Shown here piece by piece: positions 1 to 8,747 of a stretch of 11,931 bases of DNA. The DNA is from a virus (taxonomy: Duplodnaviria > Heunggongvirae > Uroviricota > Caudoviricetes), in IMG/VR virus record IMGVR_UViG_2529292834_000013; one strand, written 5' to 3'. A program made the position numbers and the translations under genes. Below the pieces are notes generated by a model that searched no databases, had not been told where the DNA came from, and was given only the letters and a program-made list of their open reading frames with translations. Position 1 is the first letter of the stretch. Every line of letters begins with the position of its first letter.

Positions 1-892
<892 letters not shown>

Positions 893-906
893 CTTATTGA
901 TTTAAA

Positions 907-952
907 TGGTGCCGATAATAGGAGTCGAACCTACGACCTTCGCATTACGAAT
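907..952 (-). other. 3' 46 nt of a tRNA-Thr(CGU) gene (thrW-like), including anticodon loop, T-arm and CCA end; att-site remnant, not a functional tRNA
   Basis: Reverse complement of 907-952 reads TTCGTAATGCGAAGGTCGTAGGTTCGACTCCTATTATCGGCACCA: anticodon CGT in a loop, T-stem GTAGG/CCTAT around TTCGACT, acceptor 3' strand and CCA. Sequence beyond nt 952 does not continue as D-arm or acceptor 5' strand. Confidence 0.65.
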
Positions 953-1031
953 TATAAGAATCCGCTTCTAATTCAAAGCATTACCCCATCAACACTGCGC
1001 TCACACGTCCCACCACATCAAAACATGTAAA

Positions 1032-1071
1032 GCCTTGCAAGCCATTGCGAGGCTTTATGTGTCTCAGTTTT
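1032..1071. terminator. Candidate hairpin with T-rich flanks on both strands (possible bidirectional terminator)
   Basis: GCCTTGCAA (1032-1040), loop GCCA, TTGCGAGGC (1045-1053): 9-bp stem with one G-U pair, followed by TTTATGTGTCTCAGTTTTGT; on the other strand the stem is followed by TTTACATGTTTT. Weak. Confidence 0.25.
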
Positions 1072-1335
1072 GTCCCACCTTTTATTACGACTTGCATAGC
1101 CAATGAAGATAAACGTGACGACAAACGGCGCAGCAATCTTCCTTTCTTTCACACTTTCCCAACCCAGCATGTATACTTTTCTGCCATAACTAAAGTGAAT
1201 GCCTGTTATGAGCAACAAACAGGCATTAGCGCCGCTAGCATATTAGCTACCATTCGACTGCCACACTTAAGATTGATTTCTTAAGTATAACCCGGTTTCT
1301 AATACTACTTATATATTCAGCTCTGAGATTCATTT

Positions 1336-4300
1336 TTATCTCGTAAAGCTAGTTTTATGACTTCCTGTTAGCTGACTGTCTTCATAATAAAATGCTCCAC
1401 TAAACTCCTGTCGACCATAATGATGACTTGATATGAGTGAGCCCCCTATAACGCCCTTTTCACCTAATAATGTCCAAACGATTTCAAAACCATTGTCCCT
1501 TAACATTGTTAAAAATGGTTCTTTTTTAACAAGTAGATGCGGCTTTGAAGCATATACAGCTTCAGCTGCAAAGCAAACCATAGTTCCATTTTCATCATTG
1601 AAGCTACCCTCTACTTCCCCACTTTTTAATCCCATCTTTTCAAAGATTAAGTTACTAGGCTTCAAAAAATTCAAAGTTTCTATTTTTGATTTGTCGAACT
1701 CCTCTTCCCACAAATAATTAATCGAAGTGACACTAACATCAGCTATCTTAGCTCCAGACTCCCGGTCTGTTACCGAAGTCCAGTCAGATCCACCATAATA
1801 ATCTGATTTAAAAGACTTAAATGCTTCGGACCAATAGTACTCCCTATTAAATAATTGGTATCTATCAGTACATTCCGGCATCCACCTGCCCATAAAGTCT
1901 TGAGCTATTGCCCAACATCTAAAATTTTCAAATTCTTCAACTTTAACGATATAACTTCTGATCTGATACCAAACCTCTTTTCGTGGGTGCCCCCAATCAT
2001 CGTTTCCAATAATTTTTGGTTCTTTCCATGATGGATGACTTTCTAATACTATCCATTCATCACCATTATCATCTTTAACTTCAATAAAAGCATATGAATT
2101 AGTTATAGTAGTAGAACTTTTAACCCAGTCTTCATTAGAGCAAGTCCAATCAAACACTTCATCATTAAGCCACCACATTTCTTTATTGCTTATTTTTTTC
2201 GTTCCAGTTTCTTTAAGTAAGATAGTGGGATCTATATCTCTTACGTAAGGCTCCCATGGCCCTTGGTATGGATTTTCCTTTCGTTCGTCACCATAACCTT
2301 CAAAACGAGTAAAATTATCGGCTAGCCTTGCCATGTATTCATAATAAGCAATCCATTGGGATTTTTTACCAATCCGTTCTTGGAATGCCTCTCTACGTCC
2401 ACGTCCAGTTCCTATTTGTTGGTCAAAATTACCATGCTTCTCCGGATCCCAACCAAGCTCTATAACACGATTGAATATAAATTGTTGAGCTAGTCGAAGA
2501 TCAAAGTGTTTATCAGTTTCCAGCAGATTATTATTATGATCCAGGTATGGCTCTATTTCATTTTCAAACTCACTTAACAGATCGTATGACAATGAATTCT
2601 TAAATAATTTCTTGCTCGCCTTTATTTCTTCCTGTGCTTTTCTACCGACCACACGACCAAATTTAATTCCTTCGCATTTATCATCATAAATGAAAGGATC
2701 TGTGGCATCATACAAGTCTTTTTGTTGATCAGTTAGTTTACATTTGAAAGTTTTAAAAACTTGCTTACGGTCAACAGGGGTTTCATTAAACTTGCAACCA
2801 GACCAATCAGAATGATTATAATTTGTTCCAATAGTATATCGTGAAAAGTCACCATCTTCCATAATAGAGCTCCAGAGTTCCCGATAAGGTTCTTTATCAT
2901 AAAGGGACTCTAGTTCCTCTTTTGAAGGAATCTTGTCAGGCCAAATGCTGTTGTAGGGTGGTCTAGTCTTGGATAATTCAATGCTTTCAAGTTCCAATCC
3001 AAGATGATTAGCAAATTCAATAATCTCTCTAGCATAATCTCTAAGTAATATATTTGGATACACATACTTAGAACAAAATACCTTTTGGTAAACAGTTTCG
3101 GCTAAATATTTTAGTTCTTTAATATTATCAGTTCGCAATGTACAGCCTAATGCAACTGCAAATATTCTTTCCCAAACGTAAGGATCATTTACACCATAAA
3201 ACTTATCAATTATTTTTCTCAATACAGGAATTCTTGGCTCGAGTAAACTCACTAAAGCCTTAGTTGAGCAATCTCGAAGTTCTCGGTTACTAGAAGTTAA
3301 AAACCAGCATAAACTAGTTGCAACTAGCTCGATTGACTCATCCGAAACAAAGCTTTTATCTGTTCTGGCCCATGCCCAATCGATTAGATGCCTAAATGCT
3401 GAGTCTTCACTATATTTATATTTAAGTTCTGTAGTCCAAAACGAATCTCGATTTGCCAAAGAATAATCTTTTAGCCAATCATGCAAGAAATTAGCATTAA
3501 AGGGATGGCCAACTAAACCTGAAATAGAGATCACTGCCTCGAGGAAATGATCAAAACTATCTTTAAATTTAAAAACATGTTCATTGATGAAAGGTCTAAT
3601 TTTTTCGAAATAAATAGCCTTAATATCGCGCCATATCAAGCTATCAATAAAGGCTTCTAGTAATTTAAGATTATTGCTGAACTCCGGCAGAAATTCATAA
3701 AGCTCTTTTTCATACCTTTCTGGCAATTGAATAGACAACGCCTCTACTATTCCCGATTTTATATAAAAATCACATTCATCATGAAAATATTTTTTCAGAC
3801 GACCATCAGGCTTAAATTCACTTTCGATATTTTCAACATCATTTAATAAAAAATTAACAGTTAAATGATCATCAAACCTTTCAAAAGCCACATAAACTAC
3901 TTCCTCAGTAGAATTATCATCATTTCTCACTATGCCTTTAGTCAATAATCCTTCGTCAATCAAGGCGCTGAGGAAGGTTTTATCAGCAACATAATCATTA
4001 ACTACAGATTGAACCACTGAGTGAGCATCTTTAAGTGAAATACTATTACGACCAATCTCTAATTTGAATTTTATGATTTCATTGAGAGCATCTTTAACAA
4101 GAGGAAAACTGGGATCGAATGCATATTTTTTTGGCGATGCTAATGATTTATTTACCCCTTCAACTAAAAAGTTAAAAATATTTGAAATCCCATTAAATCC
4201 AACAGGCACTTTGGTTAAACCATTTTTCTTAATGCCTTCACACAATAACTTAAGAAATAGAGGATTTTTAAACTCTGGATTAAGGTTAGGAGATGAAGGC

Positions 4301-5790
4301 CTCTCAATATTGTAATAATCATAAAATAGACTAACCGCTTCCAACTCAACGTTCTGGAATCCAATATGTTCATGAATTTCAAAATTATTTCGCACAACAT
4401 TCTCATGTGAAATTGTTACATTTCTATATGTTGTTCTGACTGACATTATCAGACCAAGCCATTCAAAGCATCTGATTTCATCGACAAAACTGTTAATATT
4501 GTCATTCCAGAATTTATTTCCATTACCTTCATTAATAGCATCAATAAAAACTAAGACTCTTTTTCCTGTTTTTTTGCCATATAAATTCAGTTTTTCTAGG
4601 AATTCACGAGAAGTGATTTTAAGCTGTAATCTCTTGAAGATTTGTGACCATGGAGATTCATCTGAAGTAAGTTGTTGCCCTAGTATGAGTAGTGAAGGAT
4701 ACCCAGAAGCAATTCGATTTTTAATCACATCAGCCAGTAAATGAGACTTACCAATTCCTGCTTTTCCTTCGAGAAGTAAGAATGGGTTGTTAGCCAACTT
4801 CACTGTTGTTGAATTAATGAATATACGTAATTCATTGCACGCATAGTCAAATTCCCGAAGCATTCGCAGAGTAGATGAATACTTATCACTGTAATGCTTG
4901 GTTTCACCTACTTGCTCTGACTTTTCTCGGAGTTCCCACAATATTGATACCGCTCCGCCAATAGCTGTCTGGCAGCTAGAAACATAGTTATTAAATTTAT
5001 TTATAGGGATTTCATCTAATTTAGAAAAATTAATCTCCTGATATATATCAGAAATTTCTTTTAAGGACTGGTTTATTTCAAATAATTCTGAGGAAATTAC
5101 ATCGCAACTATGTAATTTCTTTCCAGCGACCAGAAAGCTATCTATATGCGAATAAAATATTTTAGAAAAATCATTAGTTCTACCGAGGCCATCAAATATC
5201 TCTGCTATTTCTAGCTTTACGTTGAGTTCGGGTGTGTATCGACCTCCCAAGTCAGCTATTGCTTGACTATTTTTTTCATTTAACCAATCATCACTTAAGT
5301 GAAAAGTTAGTTTCTCATCTATAGACCGTAAAATAAGTTTGACTTGAATGAGCTCTTCATTAATATCGAATATTTTTTCTTTATACGTTTCTTCGATATG
5401 TAGCTTTTTTAACTTCGAACAATTATTGATTTTTAATGATAACATCCCATAAAAAAGGCTGAGTTGTTGTTGAGTTGGGGGAGTGACGCTTGGATATTCT
5501 TTGAACTTGTCTAATAACATCTCTTTGTCAGGGAACTCTTTAAAAAGGATGTACTCATTCAACATCTCAAACAATGGTTTAGAATGATAAAATGGAATTG
5601 CTCCACTTTCTACTGGATATGTTTCTTCAAACTCAATTGCCGTCTCTTCAATTAGTTGATATAATCTATCCACATATTTTTCTGTGGGGAATAATGCTTT
5701 CTTAATCCAACTATATCCTTCTTGAGAAATGAATTGATCAATAAGTTTAGTTGCTACATAAGTTGCCACTGTAATTGATATGGGTTCCAT
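1336..5790 (-). CDS. Large (1484 aa) STAND-class P-loop NTPase with unassigned ~330-aa N-terminal domain and ~1000-aa C-terminal region; candidate Avs/bNACHT-like antiviral sensor
   Basis: Single uninterrupted 4455-nt ORF. Walker A LLLEGKAGIGKSHLL (about aa 340-355), Walker B KRVLVFIDAINEG (about aa 410-422, D-[GA]-x-[DN]-E form), and a downstream hhhTxR-like LIMSVRTT (about aa 447-454). Shine-Dalgarno GGGAGAAG sits 6 nt upstream of the ATG. Visibly more AT-rich than flanking prophage DNA (not computed). Confidence 0.85.
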   Translation of the reverse strand: MEPISITVATYVATKLIDQFISQEGYSWIKKALFPTEKYVDRLYQLIEETAIEFEETYPVESGAIPFYHSKPLFEMLNEYILFKEFPDKEMLLDKFKEYPSVTPPTQQQLSLFYGMLSLKINNCSKLKKLHIEETYKEKIFDINEELIQVKLILRSIDEKLTFHLSDDWLNEKNSQAIADLGGRYTPELNVKLEIAEIFDGLGRTNDFSKIFYSHIDSFLVAGKKLHSCDVISSELFEINQSLKEISDIYQEINFSKLDEIPINKFNNYVSSCQTAIGGAVSILWELREKSEQVGETKHYSDKYSSTLRMLREFDYACNELRIFINSTTVKLANNPFLLLEGKAGIGKSHLLADVIKNRIASGYPSLLILGQQLTSDESPWSQIFKRLQLKITSREFLEKLNLYGKKTGKRVLVFIDAINEGNGNKFWNDNINSFVDEIRCFEWLGLIMSVRTTYRNVTISHENVVRNNFEIHEHIGFQNVELEAVSLFYDYYNIERPSSPNLNPEFKNPLFLKLLCEGIKKNGLTKVPVGFNGISNIFNFLVEGVNKSLASPKKYAFDPSFPLVKDALNEIIKFKLEIGRNSISLKDAHSVVQSVVNDYVADKTFLSALIDEGLLTKGIVRNDDNSTEEVVYVAFERFDDHLTVNFLLNDVENIESEFKPDGRLKKYFHDECDFYIKSGIVEALSIQLPERYEKELYEFLPEFSNNLKLLEAFIDSLIWRDIKAIYFEKIRPFINEHVFKFKDSFDHFLEAVISISGLVGHPFNANFLHDWLKDYSLANRDSFWTTELKYKYSEDSAFRHLIDWAWARTDKSFVSDESIELVATSLCWFLTSSNRELRDCSTKALVSLLEPRIPVLRKIIDKFYGVNDPYVWERIFAVALGCTLRTDNIKELKYLAETVYQKVFCSKYVYPNILLRDYAREIIEFANHLGLELESIELSKTRPPYNSIWPDKIPSKEELESLYDKEPYRELWSSIMEDGDFSRYTIGTNYNHSDWSGCKFNETPVDRKQVFKTFKCKLTDQQKDLYDATDPFIYDDKCEGIKFGRVVGRKAQEEIKASKKLFKNSLSYDLLSEFENEIEPYLDHNNNLLETDKHFDLRLAQQFIFNRVIELGWDPEKHGNFDQQIGTGRGRREAFQERIGKKSQWIAYYEYMARLADNFTRFEGYGDERKENPYQGPWEPYVRDIDPTILLKETGTKKISNKEMWWLNDEVFDWTCSNEDWVKSSTTITNSYAFIEVKDDNGDEWIVLESHPSWKEPKIIGNDDWGHPRKEVWYQIRSYIVKVEEFENFRCWAIAQDFMGRWMPECTDRYQLFNREYYWSEAFKSFKSDYYGGSDWTSVTDRESGAKIADVSVTSINYLWEEEFDKSKIETLNFLKPSNLIFEKMGLKSGEVEGSFNDENGTMVCFAAEAVYASKPHLLVKKEPFLTMLRDNGFEIVWTLLGEKGVIGGSLISSHHYGRQEFSGAFYYEDSQLTGSHKTSFTR

Positions 5791-5796
5791 GATTAG

Positions 5797-5804
5797 CTTC
5801 TCCC
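5797..5804 (-). promoter_or_regulatory. Ribosome-binding site of the large NTPase gene
   Basis: Minus-strand GGGAGAAG with a 6-nt spacer before the ATG at 5790-5788. Confidence 0.5.
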
Positions 5805-6312
5805 AACAATTAAATTTTTACCAAGCGTTTATGCTTTCCAATAATTATTACATCTCACCGTAAAACATATTTATATGGTTTTAAACCTATCTGTAAATCT
5901 TGACACCTTGGCAAGAACCTAATCCTACATTTTAATATCAATCTATATAATATCGCCAGCGTCATAATAATCGGGCTTGTCATAGTTAAGTATTCGCCTC
6001 CGATATCCCAATGAGATAAGTAAGTCATAAGTGTTATAAATGAAAAGGTTACATTTTTCAAAGAGTTATTATGATGGAATATTATTCAAAACGCAATGTA
6101 GCTGAAACGAGTCTGAGTTTAACATCCGCTCCTAGTACATAGTAGTCCTAGGGACAGTGGCGTAAAGTCATAGATGGCCGGTGGGAGGTGATGGAAATCC
6201 TCTCATGCAAAAAATACATAAAATCGATAACGGCTGGAAATCATTCAATACTCGCACTATCGAAAGTTCACCAGCCAACCGCGCACAATCTTGCATACGA
6301 CATGCTACGGTT

Positions 6313-6867
6313 TCATTTATCTCCGACCGGAAACTTCTTATACAGTGTCGATATACCAACATCATAGATGATCGCCACCTTCTGGCGAGGAACGCCTGAT
6401 GCAATTAATCGCCCGGCCTGCGCCCATTGTTCTGGTGTAAGTTTGGGACGACGTCCCCCAATTCGTCCCTGTGCGCGAGCAGCTTCCAGTCCAGCTTTTG
6501 TTCGTTCAACAATCAGTTCTCGTTCCATTTCAGCCAGGGCACCCATCACATGAAAGAAAAAACGCCCCATCGGTGTGCTGGTATCAATAGCATCCGTCAG
6601 GCTGCGAAAATTAACGCCACGTTCGCGCAACTCCTCAACCAGAATGACCAGATGCCGCATACTACGCCCCAGCCGATCCAGTTTCCAGACCACCAGAGTG
6701 TCACCTGCCGATAATGTCCTGAGCAGTTTTTTCAGTCCCGGTCTTTCGGACTTCGTACCGCTTATCTTGTCTTCAAAAATCAGTTCACATCCTACACAGT
6801 TCAACGCATTACGTTGTAGATCGGTGTTCTGGTCATTTGTTGATACGCGAACATAGCCAATAAGCAT
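6313..6867 (-). CDS. pin: Serine recombinase, DNA invertase of the Pin/Gin/Hin/Cin family (184 aa, apparently intact)
   Basis: Starts MLIGYVRVSTNDQNTDLQRNAL (catalytic Ser in VRVSTNDQ), has DTLVVWKLDRLGRSM and MGRFFFHVMGALAEMERELI, and ends with the HTH ...VAIIYDVGISTLYKKFPVGDK. Very close to e14 Pin / Mu Gin as I recall them. The ORF-track N-terminal extension (MASFLLLPGGST) is rejected in favour of the canonical MLIGY start at 6867. Confidence 0.9.
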   Translation of the reverse strand: MLIGYVRVSTNDQNTDLQRNALNCVGCELIFEDKISGTKSERPGLKKLLRTLSAGDTLVVWKLDRLGRSMRHLVILVEELRERGVNFRSLTDAIDTSTPMGRFFFHVMGALAEMERELIVERTKAGLEAARAQGRIGGRRPKLTPEQWAQAGRLIASGVPRQKVAIIYDVGISTLYKKFPVGDK

Positions 6868-6893
6868 GGTAGATCCCCCAGGTAAAAGCAGGA

Positions 6894-7391
6894 ATGATGC
6901 CATTTGCTCGTTATTTCTGCATTTTCATAAACCTTGGTTTGGGAGAAGGTGCTCCAGCTATTGGCGTTCCGTTCTTCTGGCCGTCCGCTGCAATGCCAAA
7001 TACTGTAATCGACAGCTGGTCCAGTATGGTGTTTTTGAAGTTCAACGGCGCGAAATTCTCTGCCACTGATTATCCTGTGCTGGCGAAAGTGTTTCCTTCG
7101 CTGGTATTACCTGAAGCCCGCGGTGATTTCATTCGTATCTGGGATGACGGGCGAGGTGCAGACGGTGGTCGCGAATTATTAAGCTGGCAGGCAGCTACAA
7201 ACTTTTCTCAGTTTGCCGGGAATATAGGCGAAGGGGCGGGACACGCAATTAACTTTCATGATGGCATCGCCGGAAATCAGCCAGGATTTTCACGATTTAA
7301 TTTCACCAGTAACTCTGTGGGTGATGGTGTGAATTTTGTTGCTGTCAGACCGCGAAATATTGCATTTAACTTTCTGGTGAGGGCTAAATAA
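6894..7391 (+). CDS. Phage tail-fibre protein, C-terminal variable (receptor-binding) domain, variant A; lacks a constant N-terminal shaft
   Basis: ORF contains GVPFFWPS...YPVLAKVFPSLVLPEARGDFIRIWDDGRGADGGR, the motif set of Mu S / e14 Stf-type fibre C-termini. Its stop overlaps the downstream tfa start (TAATG at 7389-7393). The first ~19 codons (MMPFARYFCIFIN...) lie inside the inverted repeat; the true translational start is uncertain. Confidence 0.65.
   Translation: MMPFARYFCIFINLGLGEGAPAIGVPFFWPSAAMPNTVIDSWSSMVFLKFNGAKFSATDYPVLAKVFPSLVLPEARGDFIRIWDDGRGADGGRELLSWQAATNFSQFAGNIGEGAGHAINFHDGIAGNQPGFSRFNFTSNSVGDGVNFVAVRPRNIAFNFLVRAK
6922..6947. other. gix/hix/pix-like 26-bp invertase crossover site (left)
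   Basis: TTTTCATAAACC-TT-GGTTTGGGAGAA: two 12-bp inverted half-sites around a 2-bp core, matching the TTnnnnnAAACC-NN-GGTTTnnnnnAA pattern of Gin/Hin/Pin sites. Confidence 0.6.
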
Positions 7392-7984
7392 TGAAACCTG
7401 TTTTTGATGAAAATGGGCTGGCTACAGTGCCGGGCGATATGCGTTGTTTTTATTATGATGCTGAAACATCTGAGTATACGGGCTGGTCTGATGAATATAT
7501 TAATACTGGCGTAAGTATGCCCGCCTGTTCCACTGGTATTGACCCTGGCGAAAACATTCCGGGAAGAGTGGCAGTATTTACAGGTAAGGGATGGCGCCAT
7601 GAAGAAGACCATCGCAATGAGACTGTTTACTTAATCGAAAATGGCGCAGCTGTTACAGTGGATTATATCGGTGCCATCAAAGACGGTTATGTCACGATTT
7701 CACCGTTAACGCCATACGATAAATGGGATGGTGAGAAATGGGTGACAGACACTGAGGCACAACACAGTGCCGCAGTAGACGCGGCAGAAGCACAGCGCCA
7801 GTCACTGATTGATGCAGCAATGGCTTCCATTAGTCTGATTCAGCTGAAATTACAGGCCGGACGGAAACTGACTCAGGCAGAAACAACCCGACTTAACGCC
7901 GTGCTGGATTACATTGACGCGGTGACGGCAACAGATACCAGCACCGCGCCGGATATCATCTGGCCTGAACTGCCGGAGGCGTAG
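7391..7984 (+). CDS. Tail-fibre assembly protein (Tfa/U-like), variant A
   Basis: 197 aa, translationally coupled to the fibre domain upstream; C-terminal DTSTAPDIIWPELP motif shared with Tfa chaperones. Confidence 0.8.
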   Translation: MKPVFDENGLATVPGDMRCFYYDAETSEYTGWSDEYINTGVSMPACSTGIDPGENIPGRVAVFTGKGWRHEEDHRNETVYLIENGAAVTVDYIGAIKDGYVTISPLTPYDKWDGEKWVTDTEAQHSAAVDAAEAQRQSLIDAAMASISLIQLKLQAGRKLTQAETTRLNAVLDYIDAVTATDTSTAPDIIWPELPEA

Positions 7985-8384
7985 GCCATTCAATATCGGG
8001 TGCTGTTGACGTATCAACACGCATCAGCAGCACACGGTATTTCTTCCATTGGGTGAGAGTTGTAGCTTCTTCATCAGTTGCGATATCAGCATCAACAGCA
8101 TCCTGACGCCAGGATATTTCACTGTCAGCTTTTTCCCGTAATTGGGATTTTTTAACTTCAGCAATAGCTATTAATTCCTTTTTGGTCGGCTGAGGAATAT
8201 CTATCAGTGCTGGTTTTCCATTCAGTGTTCCAATCTGTTTTCCTGGTGGAATATCCATAAATAACTTCTTATGTTCTTCCTCACTGACTATTACACCATC
8301 ATCAGGCCACAGACCTGATGCCTCAAATTTTTCTTTCTCCGATATGGGGAAAAAGCCATTTGCTTTAGCGCTCCATACGTACAT
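7956..8384 (-). CDS. Tail-fibre assembly protein (Tfa-like), variant B
   Basis: 142 aa; N-terminus MYVWSAKANGFFP and C-terminus WKKYRVLLMRVDTSTAPDIEWP are typical of e14/lambdoid Tfa proteins. Convergent with variant A, with 29-bp 3' overlap. Confidence 0.8.
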   Translation of the reverse strand: MYVWSAKANGFFPISEKEKFEASGLWPDDGVIVSEEEHKKLFMDIPPGKQIGTLNGKPALIDIPQPTKKELIAIAEVKKSQLREKADSEISWRQDAVDADIATDEEATTLTQWKKYRVLLMRVDTSTAPDIEWPTPPAVQAR

Positions 8385-8385
8385 A

Positions 8386-8721
8386 TCAATACCCCACCGC
8401 TATAATGTCCACATTAAATCCCCCGGGACCTGCCTGCCAGATGCTGGCCCCTGTTAATGATTTTGTTTGATGAACAACCGCCACATTTGCTGGCGATTGT
8501 GTTTCAGTTGTTACAGTACCGATATCATTCCAGTTAATTGAGATGGAATAGTTCGTTGTTGTAAACGACCGGGGGAAAGTTATGTGTCTTACATTGGTGC
8601 CGACAGGAAATCCAAGATAAACACGCTGAATTATCATTCCTCCAGGTAACATAACCCAGTTAGCACCTTCTCCAAAACCAACATTTATGAAAATGCAGAA
8701 ATAACGAGCAAATGGCATCAT
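8386..8721 (-). CDS. Phage tail-fibre protein, alternative C-terminal variable domain, variant B; lacks a constant N-terminal shaft
   Basis: Begins with the same repeat-encoded peptide MMPFARYFCIFINVGFGEGA as variant A, then diverges completely; sits directly upstream of and coupled to tfa variant B. Identity rests on position and architecture, not a recognised motif. Confidence 0.55.
   Translation of the reverse strand: MMPFARYFCIFINVGFGEGANWVMLPGGMIIQRVYLGFPVGTNVRHITFPRSFTTTNYSISINWNDIGTVTTETQSPANVAVVHQTKSLTGASIWQAGPGGFNVDIIAVGY
8668..8693. other. gix/hix/pix-like invertase crossover site (right), one half-site degenerate
   Basis: TTCTCCAAAACC-AA-CATTTATGAAAA on the + strand: the left half fits the consensus; the other half reads AAATG where AAACC is expected. 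Confidence 0.5.
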
Positions 8722-8747
8722 TCCTGCTTTTACCTGGGGGATCTACC

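Larger units (their letters stand above)
6277..6953. repeat. Left arm of a ~675-bp inverted repeat (invertase gene plus recombination site); partner at 8662-9339
   Basis: The reverse complement of 8662-9339 aligns with 6277-6953 by eye, with a few substitutions and a 1-2 nt indel. Mirrored ORFs in the six-frame track (for example 6368-6553 + and 9062-9247 -, identical 61 aa) confirm it. Confidence 0.85.

Noticed and set aside
1018-1284. Small ORFs 1018-1218 (-) and 1045-1284 (+) between the thrW fragment and the NTPase gene
   Set aside because: Mutually overlapping on opposite strands, no RBS, no recognisable domain; region is better read as non-coding 3' flank with hairpins.
1266-1285. CTTAAGA-(6 nt)-TCTTAAG hairpin just downstream of the NTPase stop as an intrinsic terminator
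   Set aside because: The 7-bp stem is AT-rich and weak, and there is no T-tract on the relevant strand.
1433-4744. ORFs 1433-1717, 4064-4315, 4499-4744 (+) and 4215-4406 (-) inside the NTPase gene
   Set aside because: Embedded antisense or out of frame within a 4.45-kb continuous ORF that has clear NTPase motifs; typical AT-rich antisense artefacts.
5855-6404. ORFs 5855-6061 (-), 6168-6404 (-) and 6181-6399 (+)
   Set aside because: Short, low-complexity, without SD; 6168-6404 overlaps the invertase 3' end. Treated as non-coding leader and flank.
6368-6856. ORFs 6368-6553, 6427-6714 and 6575-6856 (+) and their mirror images 8759-9040, 8901-9197 and 9062-9247 (-)
   Set aside because: They lie entirely antisense to the two invertase genes and simply mirror each other because of the inverted repeat. 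They are Ser/Arg/Pro-rich with no motifs; antisense artefacts.
6868-6903. N-terminal extension MASFLLLPGGST on both invertase ORFs (start at 6903 or 8712)
   Set aside because: Invertases of this family start at MLIGYVRVS; the internal ATG has an SD-like GGGGGA upstream, and the extension is simply the antisense of the fibre leader inside the repeat.
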